This document shows, piece by piece, positions 50,290 through 60,689 of a DNA stretch of 64,000 bases. Numbering within the stretch: the stretch's first letter is position 1; each line of letters starts with the position of its first letter. The translations under genes were made by a program, and so were the position numbers. The notes under the pieces are model-generated. The model saw nothing but the letters and a program-made list of their open reading frames with translations, searched no databases and had not been told where the DNA came from. Source of the DNA: a virus. The stretch spans positions 1 through 64,000 of the IMG/VR virus record IMGVR_UViG_3300022555_000010. The stretch is one strand, 5' to 3'.

Positions 50290-50940
50290 GAGTAAAGATT
50301 AAAGATCGGGAATCAATTATTGCGAAGGCACTTAATTCCCGGAGAGGGAGGATGAATTTGGCTCGGGCGATGGTCCAGCCGATATTAGGAGGCAGAGGAG
50401 TTTCTTCAGGATTAGTTTGTGATACTTGTGCCTTTGCAGAGATAGAGGATTGTGAGATTTACAGGATTACTCTTAATGAGGATCGGGGATGTTGGATGGA
50501 GAAGGGGAGATTGATTATTTGCCTGGAGGAGAGGGATGAAGCGTAATTGTGAAGATTGTCGGATCTGGACAGAGAATATCCCTTGTAGTGAATTTGCCAA
50601 GAGGCATCAATTATACTCCGAAGGTGGTCGAAATTTCACACAGGAATTTGATGCAGGGAAGTGTATTTGTTTCCATGAGTTCGGAACAATTCTGATATGG
50701 AATGAAATTGATGTATGAGTTTGTGGAGTAGATATAAAGTCTGGAGAGACAAACCTTGGACGGTTTATATCGAACAGGGGATACCGGTGGTCCTGGAGAC
50801 GGGGAGATTATTAATTCCGGGGAAGTCCCTTGGTTTCATGTCTGTCCAACTTGTAACAAACAATTGTCGGGGCAATTAAGTGGGATGTTCTGGGTTGATG
50901 AAAACATTGGGACAATTTTCACTTGGGATGAGATGGATGT

Positions 50941-50988
50941 ATGATCTCTTATGATACACAGTATATGATCTCTTATGATACACAGTAT
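50941..50988 (+). repeat. perfect 24-bp tandem duplication at a gene start
   Basis: ATGATCTCTTATGATACACAGTAT x2 (MISYDTQY x2). Confidence 0.9.
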
Positions 50989-52251
50989 TGGTCTTGCAAA
51001 TTATGTGGCAAGGAATACAGTCGGTCGAAGAAATCATTTGATCGATGGCCTGTTGGAAGTTTGACAAGTCAACCCTGGTTGTTTAACTGTAAGCATCTTC
51101 ATCATTTAATCTCGGAATCTGAAACCTATGTTTGTCCGGAAGGGTGTATATTTGTTCATGCAAAAGAAGAATTGGATGAAGAAATGGTTGAAGAGGTTGA
51201 AACCTGAAGACCAATATGCGGCACCATTGATTGAGTGGTGTGACCTTCACGGCAAGGTGAGTCATTTCCAACCGGACGATGATGGTGAACTTCGCTGTGC
51301 CGAATGTGGTAAGAGGACTCAGGAATTACCTGAATTCCCGAAAGGGTGCATTATAACCTGGGGAGAGAAAGACTTTGGATAATCGAGATCCAAACAGATA
51401 TTGTGACACGCATGGAACCAATGGGGCTGTTCAAACGGGTTGGACCGGATGGCCGAGGGATACTTGGCTTTGCCCTTATTGTGGTGAAAAATTGAAAATA
51501 GTCCCGGCTGGATGTTTTCTGGTTCGCGGTGAGAGGGATGTTATGGATTTTGATCAGGGAGAGGAATCAACGGATGAGTGATCCTAAAATACCGTGGCAG
51601 AGAATGTGGCGGGAAGCCTATTGTGAGCATTGTGAAGACATAGGGGGATATGAGCCATGCACGAGTCCTCCGAGTCAATTACCACCTTGTGAGAAGTGTC
51701 ATCGTAACACTATGATGTGGCAGGCGATTGTGATACCTGAAGGAACTATTTTTGCCTGGGAGGAACGAGATGAGTTATAGTTCAGAATATTGGGCAGTAT
51801 TGGACAAGAATTTGCGGGATTTAAATCCGAGGGTGCAAGTATATGGGGACGGGTGGTATTTATTCCGGTGTAGTAGATGCAAGGAGCATTTTGTGGGGAC
51901 ATCGATGGTGGAGTGGTGTGACTGCGGCAATACTAATTTCAATGATAGTCCGATGGGAAGTATTAGAGTGGTGTCGGAATTAACGGATCGGGATGCCGGG
52001 AGTATAATCACCTGGGATGAAAGAGATGAGCCATGCAATTCATTGTTCCAAAGAATGAAGAGATTAATCGGACGATAGAGAGGCCGGGTAAGGGTCGGGA
52101 GTGTAGGACTTGCAGGCATTTATGGAACTGGGAAAAAATTGGGCAAGGGCTAAAGTATTGTGGAGGTTGTGATAATTGGACTCGGAATAACTGGGTGCCT
52201 GATTGTCCTGATGGGACGCTTTTAGCGATTGATGAAAAAGATGAGGATTAA

Positions 52252-52413
52252 ATGACTCGGGATCAGATGACTACGGCAAGTGTGGAGGAGGCATTCAGAG
52301 CCTGGCAGAAAGATATGGATCATCAGTTGTTTAAGGCAATGGATTCGATTTTCATCACCAATCTCAAAAAGGCCGGGATTATTGTGACAGAGTGTGAAGA
52401 AGATGAAGGATGA
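52252..52413 (+). CDS. helical array member without CxxC (not in track)
   Basis: DHQLFKAMDSIFITNLKKAGIIVTECEEDE. Confidence 0.7.
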   Translation: MTRDQMTTASVEEAFRAWQKDMDHQLFKAMDSIFITNLKKAGIIVTECEEDEG

Positions 52414-52573
52414 GAATCAAACCTGGGAAGAGTTTGAGGTTTCCCAAAAGAAGGAGTGGAAAAGATGGCGTTATACCCGTGACCACCTATTTCAAGAGAT
52501 ATTTGATAAAATTTGGATTGCCCACTTAAAAACTTCCGGGACAATTGTGACCACTGATGAAAAAGACTGTTAA
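52403..52573 (+). CDS. helical array member without CxxC (not in track)
   Basis: DHLFQEIFDKIWIAHLKTSGTIVTTDEKD. Confidence 0.7.
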   Translation: MKDENQTWEEFEVSQKKEWKRWRYTRDHLFQEIFDKIWIAHLKTSGTIVTTDEKDC

Positions 52574-53365
52574 TTCGCCAAATGTTCTACGAGGAACATT
52601 CCCGGTTTTGAAGTCGATATGCCAGAGATGTATGGCAAAGACAAGGGTTCCTTTGGGAACAATAGGGGATGTGAATAAGAACGGGACTTTCAGGAAGCCG
52701 GTATCCTGGACAGATTTGGATGAGGACAGATGGAAAGCAGGATTGGTATTATGTCCACAAATGGGGCATGAAGCAAAGCCAAACAAGCATTGGTGTCTTC
52801 GGGCAATAGAGGTAATGGCAGTAAAAGAAGGGGCAATATCCGTCTGGGATGACTCCAATAAAATCTGAAGAAAAATTTGTAGTTTGCGTAATTTCATTAA
52901 AAAGTGTAAAAAAATCTTTAGTTTATGAAATCAACAGATAAAGAGATAACGGATTACATGAGGAAGAACAATCGCTGTCCGGATTGTGGTGGCGATGATT
53001 TCAGGGAAGGTCCGAGTGGAGGGATGTCTACGAACATCATGTGTGCCGGATGTGGAGCCAGGTTTAATATGAGTCCCTTTGGAGCGGAGAGGATTGGTGA
53101 TCCAGTTGTCCCGGTTGGATGTCTTCCGGCATTATTCGAGGAAGACGTTCAAACGCCTTTAGAGAAGGTTGTCGGATTCTTCAAGAGATGAAAATAACTC
53201 CAGATCGGATCGAAGTTCCTTGGTGTATCTTCTGTAATGAGGAAAAATACTTGGATGAGGTTCGGAAGTATAACCGGGACTTCAGATGTCCGAGATGTGG
53301 TGATAGACTCCTCTGGAGGGATTTTGCCAGTCCGGAAGGGATGATTCGGGTGACAGGTGAACAAG

Positions 53366-53710
53366 ATGTATGATGACCTTTCAAAGAAACAGGAGATGTG
53401 GGCAGAAGAGGACCGTAAGATCTTTCACTCGATGTCTTTAGCAATGTGTCCGGAAGGATGTATTTTGGTCGAGGATGACAAGATGCAGACTGAAGAAGCG
53501 AATCCGCCTGGAGTGTTGACTCTGGAAGCGTTGATGTTCGCGACAGCAGTCATTGAAACTCCTTCAGGGTGCATTACAGCATTTGATGAGAAAGAGGAGA
53601 CGGTGGATACGATTGCCAGGCAGGATATTCTGTTGATGATAAACCAGGTTGATCTGATGAATTACAAGGCTAAAGGGGTCATCGTGGGGACTGATGAGCA
53701 AGATGAATAG
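53366..53710 (+). CDS. array protein with three tags
   Basis: CPEGCILVEDD, TPSGCITAFDEKE, AKGVIVGTDEQDE. Confidence 0.75.
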   Translation: MYDDLSKKQEMWAEEDRKIFHSMSLAMCPEGCILVEDDKMQTEEANPPGVLTLEALMFATAVIETPSGCITAFDEKEETVDTIARQDILLMINQVDLMNYKAKGVIVGTDEQDE

Positions 53711-53804
53711 AAAGATTTTTGACAGAATATGTGGTGCCGGTAGTATAATCTGATATGTTTCCGGGAAGTTTTGGATAGATTTTGAATAAAATAAGTGTGG
53801 GATT

Positions 53805-54188
53805 ATGAATACAACAGACATTCCAAATGGGTATGTGGTTCGAGGGCCGAGTGGAAAGAATGCCTTTATCGAGATGGATCATAATGGCAAATCGGAGGAG
53901 AAGGCGATTGGGATTGAGTTGACTGGTTGGCCGGATCTGATGGACCGGCACGGAATCCTGAAGTCGGATACGCTCGTATTGGTTCACGCGGTCTGGGGAG
54001 AATCTGGAAGCCTTTTCAAGAGGTTGGATTCAACTCATCTGATTTACAACAATGAGCCAGTCACGGTGGAGTCGATAGCGAAGCGGGGACTGCTTCGGGA
54101 TACGGCTCAGAAGATTTGGCAAGACTATATGGACAAGATGGATATGAAAGCGGTGGAGGAGGTGTTGAATGAAAAAGTTCTCACGTAG
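53805..54188 (+). CDS. hypothetical protein
   Basis: 127-aa ORF, untagged. Confidence 0.6.
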   Translation: MNTTDIPNGYVVRGPSGKNAFIEMDHNGKSEEKAIGIELTGWPDLMDRHGILKSDTLVLVHAVWGESGSLFKRLDSTHLIYNNEPVTVESIAKRGLLRDTAQKIWQDYMDKMDMKAVEEVLNEKVLT

Positions 54189-54624
54189 ACACGGGTGGCT
54201 GTGGTTGAGTTCGTATGCTTCCGGGGATGGGTCAATTTCCTTTACCTGGTTGGATGGAGAAATTGGGAAGGGTGGGAAGCCAGTTTCAGAGCCGGTGACG
54301 GAAAGTGATGTCTCCGAATGTTTGAATACTCCGGAGATGGAGGTCAAATGGAAGGGTTGGGATATCCTGGATCTTGGGGGATGTGACCGGGTTCATCCGA
54401 TTCGATTGGTGAGGGATGTGGTGAGGCCGTATCACACATCGTGCCGGTTGGAGATGGGTGGAGAGGATTACCGGTATGCGATGACCAGAGGTGGAGGCAT
54501 CGAGTTCTTTACTGGGAAGAAAGATGAGCATGTCGAGAATCTGGATATCATTCAGAGTCTGAATTATTTTCTGAAGAATGAAGGGTTGTTCTTTAGTCGG
54601 GCAGAGCAGAGGAAGGCTGGATGA
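54169..54624 (+). CDS. hypothetical protein
   Basis: 151-aa ORF, GGAGG RBS. Confidence 0.6.
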   Translation: MKKFSRRHGWLWLSSYASGDGSISFTWLDGEIGKGGKPVSEPVTESDVSECLNTPEMEVKWKGWDILDLGGCDRVHPIRLVRDVVRPYHTSCRLEMGGEDYRYAMTRGGGIEFFTGKKDEHVENLDIIQSLNYFLKNEGLFFSRAEQRKAG

Positions 54625-55043
54625 GGGCGACTAAAGAGGACCAGTGGCCATCGTACAGGACATCGGTAAAGAGTCATGTGCCTCCGGGCGTAACAGGTGT
54701 CTCGGGACCTCCTGGGTCCCCACCTATCGTGGGGATTTTCAGATGGTGTAAGGTTTGCAACAAGGTGTCGTTGGCACATCATAATGGGCTGGTCAAGTGT
54801 TTGTTTTGTCGTGCTGAAACGATGCCGATCATTAATGCCTGGTGTCCTAAAGGGGCGATCTTGGTATGGTCAGAAGAATCGGCAACATAGCCAAGTCGTC
54901 AAATGACAGATTGTTGGCCTCGCAAGCCCTGAACAGGTTTCTTGACAATCATAGACGAGAGATGGACTATGACGCGGTTTGTGGAAAAGGATCATATCAG
55001 AAGATGTTGGAAGCGAAAGAAGCCGGAGTAATCATAACGACTT

Positions 55044-55340
55044 GTGAGAAAGATTTTGAGGATAATTCTAATTGTTCTGTTTATTTCCATGCCAGCATGG
55101 GGAGAATGGCTGGAAGATTACGGGATCTATGTTTACCCGGTCGCCGAACAAAGTGAAATTTCGAGGCTATATACTGGTCCGATAATAGACCCCGGAAAGT
55201 TTCAATATGGGTTAAAGGCAGAGTATCGAGACTATTCATTGTCTTTTTTACTTGGTCGGCGGATCGATGTCTATGAGGGCGAATCAGTTGGCGGGGTTAG
55301 ATTTGACACTGTTTGGTTGAAATACAGTAAACGATTTTAG
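55044..55340 (+). CDS. putative secreted or outer-membrane small protein
   Basis: Signal-peptide-like N-terminus; C-terminal ...YSKRF. Confidence 0.45.
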   Translation: MRKILRIILIVLFISMPAWGEWLEDYGIYVYPVAEQSEISRLYTGPIIDPGKFQYGLKAEYRDYSLSFLLGRRIDVYEGESVGGVRFDTVWLKYSKRF

Positions 55341-55641
55341 GAGAATGACATGAGAAAAGAACTTGGAGTTTTGTTGATGGAGGATGATAAGGGTGAGGTG
55401 GCTGTCCAATTGTTCGCCGAGTTGCCGAGTGTTGAAGGAGCATTTCATAATTTGACCGGGAAGGTTGGGGATAAGTCTTCTCGGGCGACACTGATTTCGT
55501 TGAAGTATAGGGAGAACGGGATTGTAAGTGAGGTCATCTCCAGGACGAAGTTACTTCCTGTGGTTGTCCCGGTTGAGGATAAGCCTGATGGTTTTGTGTT
55601 GGGGTCTGGGCCGGTTAATTTTGAAAAGCCGAAAGAGTAAA

Positions 55642-55671
55642 TTCCGTATTTGTGAAGTGATTCAGCAATGT
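55642..55671 (+). promoter_or_regulatory. phage promoter motif (copy 7)
   Basis: TTCCGTAT-N15-GCAATGT; ATG 55682. Confidence 0.8.
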
Positions 55672-56483
55672 AGGGGTAATTATGAATGATTATGAAAAGT
55701 TTGTGGAGTTCTTCAATAGTATGGGAGTGGAGTATGGGACTCCGGATCATTTGAATTCAGAAGATCATCGTTATGGGGATGAGCCGATTGAGTCTATTTA
55801 CAATCTGACCCCATCCCAGGCAATATTCTGTTTTGACAAGGACAAGAGGTTTATTGGTACGGTGGGAGATGAACTGGGATATTTTGACAAGAGGAAAAAT
55901 TAATGGCAACAAAGTTATTGAAACCTGTGGTTCGTGAAATTACGGAATGGTGTCGTAAGGGGCTATTCGGTCTGGGAGGCAGAGGCGGGGGAAGCAATCT
56001 TGTGCTAACGCTTGAGCCTGGGAACATAATCAGTTTCCGGGAGAAGGGTAAGAGGAAGCGTTACGACATTGACATCGAGAGTGTTTTCAATTCAGCAGTT
56101 CGGCGGACTCTTCAGAAGGAAGAAGAAGAGAAGAAGAAGTTGAAGAAGATGAAGAAGGAAGGCAGGCTCTAAAAAATGGAAATTGAAGGTTTTAATAAAA
56201 AAGAGTGGTTGGATGAGAACAAGGTCAAGGAGGGTAAAACCTGGACAGTGTTGAAGGCAAAACCGAAGTGTGAATTTTGTGACATTCTGTTAAATGACGG
56301 GAAAGAGGTCGGACCCTGTTGGCCATTAATATCCAGTTTAGTGTTTGTTGATATGTCGAGTGACACGGAGGAACGGATCAAATTATCTGATGTGTCGCAC
56401 GTTCGATATTATGAGGAAGATGAAGACAGCAAGGACTTTTCGGAGGATGCCGAAGAAGAGGCGACAGACATCGAAGATTAGGG

Positions 56484-56879
56484 GTGCTAATGTTGTTCCA
56501 TGAATTCGTGACAAAGGTAATTGATTCAGGCATCCGGGCGGCGAAGGAAGACTATACTCGTCCGGCCGATGCAGAACGTCTGGAAGGCTCCCTGGCGGGC
56601 TTTGAGGCGTGTAGGGGCAAGGATATGGGACAACTGACCGGGTTACTCCAGGAGGCATCCAGACAGGCTATTGAGGCTCACAGGGAAGAGGCGGACAACT
56701 ATTGGGTGATTCGGAGTCGGCAGGCGGAGATTGAATGGGTCTGTAATGTTGTGAGTTCGGCTCTGGCAAGTTCGGGGTTGGCGGTGATTGTGCCGCCTAC
56801 GATGGGTGGAATGATGACGGCGGCCAGGATACTGAATGGGGATGGTTGTGTGATTTTGGGAGAGGACGTTCCGTTATGA
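56484..56879 (+). CDS. hypothetical phage protein
   Basis: GSLAGFEACR...EIEWVCNVVS. Confidence 0.6.
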   Translation: MLMLFHEFVTKVIDSGIRAAKEDYTRPADAERLEGSLAGFEACRGKDMGQLTGLLQEASRQAIEAHREEADNYWVIRSRQAEIEWVCNVVSSALASSGLAVIVPPTMGGMMTAARILNGDGCVILGEDVPL

Positions 56880-57761
56880 GTATCTATCGATGTTTTAAGT
56901 GCGGATGTGTGGATAACACGGCCTGTTCTGATTACTGGTTTCGGGAAGGCAAAGAGCCTTTGTGTACCAAATGTGATACAAACAAGTGGCACGGAATATT
57001 TCCCAGGATGTCTGCAAAGGGTCTGATATTGTGTTCAGATGGATTCCTTTATTCCCCGGAGGATGTCGCAAGTGATTCGTTTAAGTTCAGGGAGAAGAAC
57101 CAGGGATTGAAGGTGGTCAGGGAGATTACGGAAGAAGGAATTTTATGAAGGTTATCTGGCGGCAGGGATATGACAAATGGGTTGAATTCCGGCAATCGGT
57201 TATCGGGGCCGCAGGGAATGGGACGATATCACAGGCGGAGATGTTTAAGATTCTCGGAAATCGTGCGAATATGGGCCGGGGAGATTTCTTTATTGAGGTC
57301 GGGAAAGAAGAGAATTCGGATGAATGTAAAATCATATAAGACTTTGTGGGTTCTTGTGGATAAGCGAGGGACGATTCTTGAGCATTCAAAGTTGAGGGAA
57401 TGTTCATTAAAGAATGGGGTTCAGGTTCCCCAGTTTACTTTTTGGAGAAACAGGAGTTCGGCGAGATGGCAGGTTGAGCAGATTCGGAAGGATATGACTC
57501 AGGAGGTCTGGGACACTTGGGAATTCAGAGTGGTGCAATATGGGAGGATTGACCAATGAGAATTCACCTGGGAAGATATGCCATGCGTGGTGGTAAACAG
57601 GATGATCGGCATCCTACGAAGAGTGGGGTTCTGTTGGCAAAGAAGAATGGTGAATTGAACCTGGCACAACTTGTCCGTGAGATTCAAGAAGCCTGTGATC
57701 TTGTTGCCGATGACACAGGGACACCTTCAATGGTACAACGAATTGAGATTCAGATTCAGCG

Positions 57762-58196
57762 GTGAAGTATGCAGGATACCCATCGTGTGCGTTGAGTAAT
57801 TTCGCACCACATCCGTTTGAATTGGACGGGGTTCAGATTGCATCGATGGAGGGATTTTTGCAAGCAACCAAGTTCTCAAACCCGGAGATGCAGAAACATA
57901 TCTGTACTCTGGTCGGATTCAAGGCAAAGAAGGCTGGGAGTGAAAAGAAGTGGTTCCGGACTCAAACGCTTCATTGGCAAGGGGTTGAATATAAGAGGGA
58001 CTCCCAGGATTATCAGGATCTTCTGGATGAGGCGTATGCGGCGATGTTCGTGTGTAGTGACAGTTTCAGGAGGGCTTTAAAGGCTTCCGGGGATTCAGTA
58101 TTGACTCATAGCATCGGGAAGACGGATGAGAGCGTAACGGTGTTGACTCGGAGAGAGTTTTGCAGCAGGCTTACATTACTCAGAACCAAGGTTTGA
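57762..58196 (+). CDS. NADAR-like protein (T4 gp30.3-like)
   Basis: LSNFAPHPFELDG..IASMEGFLQ..KF, QTLHWQG, LTHSIG. Confidence 0.75.
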   Translation: MKYAGYPSCALSNFAPHPFELDGVQIASMEGFLQATKFSNPEMQKHICTLVGFKAKKAGSEKKWFRTQTLHWQGVEYKRDSQDYQDLLDEAYAAMFVCSDSFRRALKASGDSVLTHSIGKTDESVTVLTRREFCSRLTLLRTKV

Positions 58197-58202
58197 GATT
58201 CT

Positions 58203-58232
58203 TTCCGTATTGTCACAAAGTTTCGGCAATGT
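58203..58232 (+). promoter_or_regulatory. phage promoter motif (copy 8)
   Basis: TTCCGTAT-N15-GCAATGT; ATG 58239 six nt downstream. Confidence 0.8.
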
Positions 58233-58456
58233 CTGATTATGAAAAGTAATTATGAAAAGGGAGATGTGGTCGAAACGCCATTTGGGCCTGGGAAGATTAC
58301 CTACTTGCACGAACCTACTGGAAATTGCAATGTGCGTTTGAATACGCCGATCAGTAGTGCCAGTGGAACACAATATGACATCACGGCAACGACCTTCCAA
58401 TTAGGAGTGATTTTGAAGCCGGCAAAAAAGAAAATTTTGAAAGTGACAGCAGTGGT

Positions 58457-60094
58457 ATGAAAATAATTGTTCAAGAAGAATGGTATGAAGCGATCGTGAA
58501 GTTATTGAGTCCCAAAGAAAAGGAAGATCTTGGGGGTAAGTATCGCTATACGACCGGAAAGGGTAAGATAAAGATTTCCATTGAGAAATGGTCAGAAGAA
58601 TCTTGCCTTAATCTGTTTCAGTTCCTTGGAGAAAAGGCGTCTACTGGTGATCGTTCTGCCAAGTTGTCTCAGTCCATTGTTAAAACATGGATGGAAATCA
58701 AATCAAACCCGGATGGACAGACTGTTAATAAGCTGGAGCATGTGGCTTCGGCAATGACGGAATTCATCGGGGTATCGGATCATCGTTATATCTTTGGCCA
58801 GGAGAAGGATGGGAATTTCGTTCCTTGGTTTGTCAAGAACATCCGATTCCATGATGCTACAGAACATGGGCCGGCATATGTTGAAGTGGAATTGAATGGG
58901 ATCAATACAGGGCATGAAGGTCGTCGGAATCGCGGTGAGAATGGAACTGAAGGCACGACTTTTAGAATCAGCCACGAGGATTACCGTCGTCGGACGATGA
59001 GTCAGATCCTGGAACATAAGGGGTATTACATTGAGACGCCTGCCCGAATGGCCTCGTATGAGAAGGAAGTTCAGACATATTTGGCTCACTGTGATGAAGA
59101 TGGTTTTCAGATGGCAGTTATCGGAAAGTGCAAGTTGATCAAGGGTTGGTCTGATACTGCTTATCGCCCGGTTGGAGCTGAAGGTCGTCCGGCAAGAATG
59201 GTCATGGACCCTCCCGGTGGTGATCGCGGTTCGGATGCTGTTCACGCACCTTTCTGGGACGCGAATGAGGAGAAGGTGTGGCCTCTCCCGATTCATCCCG
59301 TGTATGAGATGTTCGACTTGGATGAACACTCGGACTATCGGGTTCATGTCAACAATGCGGAACCGTATGTCTACAATGACACGGTTGATGAGAAACTGAT
59401 TCTCCCGGAAGATGTTAAGGACTTCCTGACGATTCTGATTGAGCACTCGAAGAACAAGTTCCAGGACATCATTGGAGGCAAGGAAGGTGGAACAATCGTT
59501 CTGATTGAGGGTGTTCCCGGTGTCGGCAAGACTTTGTCCGCAGAAGTGTATTCGGAGAAGATGCACCGTCCCTTGTATAAGGTTCAGTCAAGTCAATTGG
59601 GGATTGATGTCGGGACGGTCGAGAAGAATCTCAAGGAAGTATTGCAGAGGTCGGAACGATGGGGAGCGATCCTGTTGATCGATGAGGCCGATGTGTATAT
59701 CCGGGAGCGTGGCAGCAATATTCAACAGAACGCCATTGTCGGGGTATTCCTGCGGGTGTTGGAGTATTACCGGGGTGTGTTGTTCTTGACGACGAACCTG
59801 GGGAACACGGTGGATGATGCGATCGTATCCCGGACAACGGCACGATTTCTCTATGAAATGCCGAGCAAGGAAGATCAGTTCAAGTTGTGGCAGATGATGT
59901 CTGACTATAACAAGGTCGGTCTTACTCTTACGGAGATCAGTGAGATCATAAGTTCGATGCCGAATCTGTCGGGTCGGGACATTAAGAATCTGATTAAGTT
60001 GTCGATGGTGATGGCGGTGAATAAGGGGACTCGGGTGACACCGCAGATGGTGAAGTTCGTATCTCGGTTCAAACAGTCTGGAAAGGTGAAATGA
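58457..60094 (+). CDS. AAA+ ATPase
   Basis: GVPGVGKT, LLIDEADVY, FLRVLEYYRGVLFLTTN, SGRDIKN. Confidence 0.9.
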   Translation: MKIIVQEEWYEAIVKLLSPKEKEDLGGKYRYTTGKGKIKISIEKWSEESCLNLFQFLGEKASTGDRSAKLSQSIVKTWMEIKSNPDGQTVNKLEHVASAMTEFIGVSDHRYIFGQEKDGNFVPWFVKNIRFHDATEHGPAYVEVELNGINTGHEGRRNRGENGTEGTTFRISHEDYRRRTMSQILEHKGYYIETPARMASYEKEVQTYLAHCDEDGFQMAVIGKCKLIKGWSDTAYRPVGAEGRPARMVMDPPGGDRGSDAVHAPFWDANEEKVWPLPIHPVYEMFDLDEHSDYRVHVNNAEPYVYNDTVDEKLILPEDVKDFLTILIEHSKNKFQDIIGGKEGGTIVLIEGVPGVGKTLSAEVYSEKMHRPLYKVQSSQLGIDVGTVEKNLKEVLQRSERWGAILLIDEADVYIRERGSNIQQNAIVGVFLRVLEYYRGVLFLTTNLGNTVDDAIVSRTTARFLYEMPSKEDQFKLWQMMSDYNKVGLTLTEISEIISSMPNLSGRDIKNLIKLSMVMAVNKGTRVTPQMVKFVSRFKQSGKVK

Positions 60095-60582
60095 GGATTA
60101 CAAAGGACAATATTCAACCGTTGGTGGATGCTCTTGAGAAATGGAAACAGGAGAATCCCCGGTTGAGTTTCCTGGCGGGTGATGCTCTGATGATGGGGTC
60201 GGGAGACGAGACGGCAGTGTTGATGACCCCGGACGAGTTGTTGGGCAATCAATCAATTTGTGGCTCGGCGAAGGAATCCTGTTTTGATGAGAAGGTTGTC
60301 GAGTTCTTGAAGGATCGCGGAGTGAAGTTCGTGATCGTCGGACTAATGCTGGACGACTTTGAGGACACAGGATTTTATATGGTTGTGGGTGGTGCCGTCC
60401 CGCTACCATATGACGATAAATGTCCGAATCCTGAAAAATGGTTGAACCAATCAAGTCATGATTGTCTGGAAGATATTTGTTCGAGTTCAGATGTTCTCTC
60501 CTGGATGATTATGGAGAGGAACGGGTCGTGGCGAAATGATTGTTGTAAGGAACCTGGGTGGTCAACTTTCGAAAGTGAATAG
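60091..60582 (+). CDS. hypothetical protein
   Basis: Coupled to the AAA gene. Confidence 0.6.
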   Translation: MRITKDNIQPLVDALEKWKQENPRLSFLAGDALMMGSGDETAVLMTPDELLGNQSICGSAKESCFDEKVVEFLKDRGVKFVIVGLMLDDFEDTGFYMVVGGAVPLPYDDKCPNPEKWLNQSSHDCLEDICSSSDVLSWMIMERNGSWRNDCCKEPGWSTFESE

Positions 60583-60653
60583 TTTTTATCCTGTTGGCTG
60601 CAAGGACATTATTTGCAACGACTTATGATGAGTCGCATTCTGGTAAATTTTGA

Positions 60654-60683
60654 TTCCGTATTTTGGGCATTTTTCTGCAATGT
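60654..60683 (+). promoter_or_regulatory. phage promoter motif (copy 9)
   Basis: TTCCGTAT-N15-GCAATGT; ATG 60690 six nt downstream. Confidence 0.8.
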
Positions 60684-60689
60684 ATTGGT

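Larger units (their letters stand above)
48785..55156 (+). other. tagged-microprotein array, right arm (about 20 genes, often ..W[DGE]ExD, interrupted by unrelated genes)
   Basis: Starts 48785, 49137, 49286, 50286, 50536, 50756, 50941, 51176, 51375, 51574, 51770, 52033, 52252, 52403, 52557, 52925, 53188, 53366, 54621, 54866. Confidence 0.85.

Noticed and set aside
36920-55156. Diversity-generating retroelement
   Set aside because: No reverse transcriptase and no near-identical template/variable repeat pair differing at adenines was seen.
36920-55156. RiPP precursors with a follower peptide
   Set aside because: No radical SAM, YcaO or lanthipeptide enzyme in the window, and CxxC spacing fits metal binding; not fully excluded if enzymes lie elsewhere.
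58703-59566. 287-aa minus-strand ORF
   Set aside because: Shadow of the AAA gene with no motifs; other minus-strand ORFs likewise overlap well-supported + genes.
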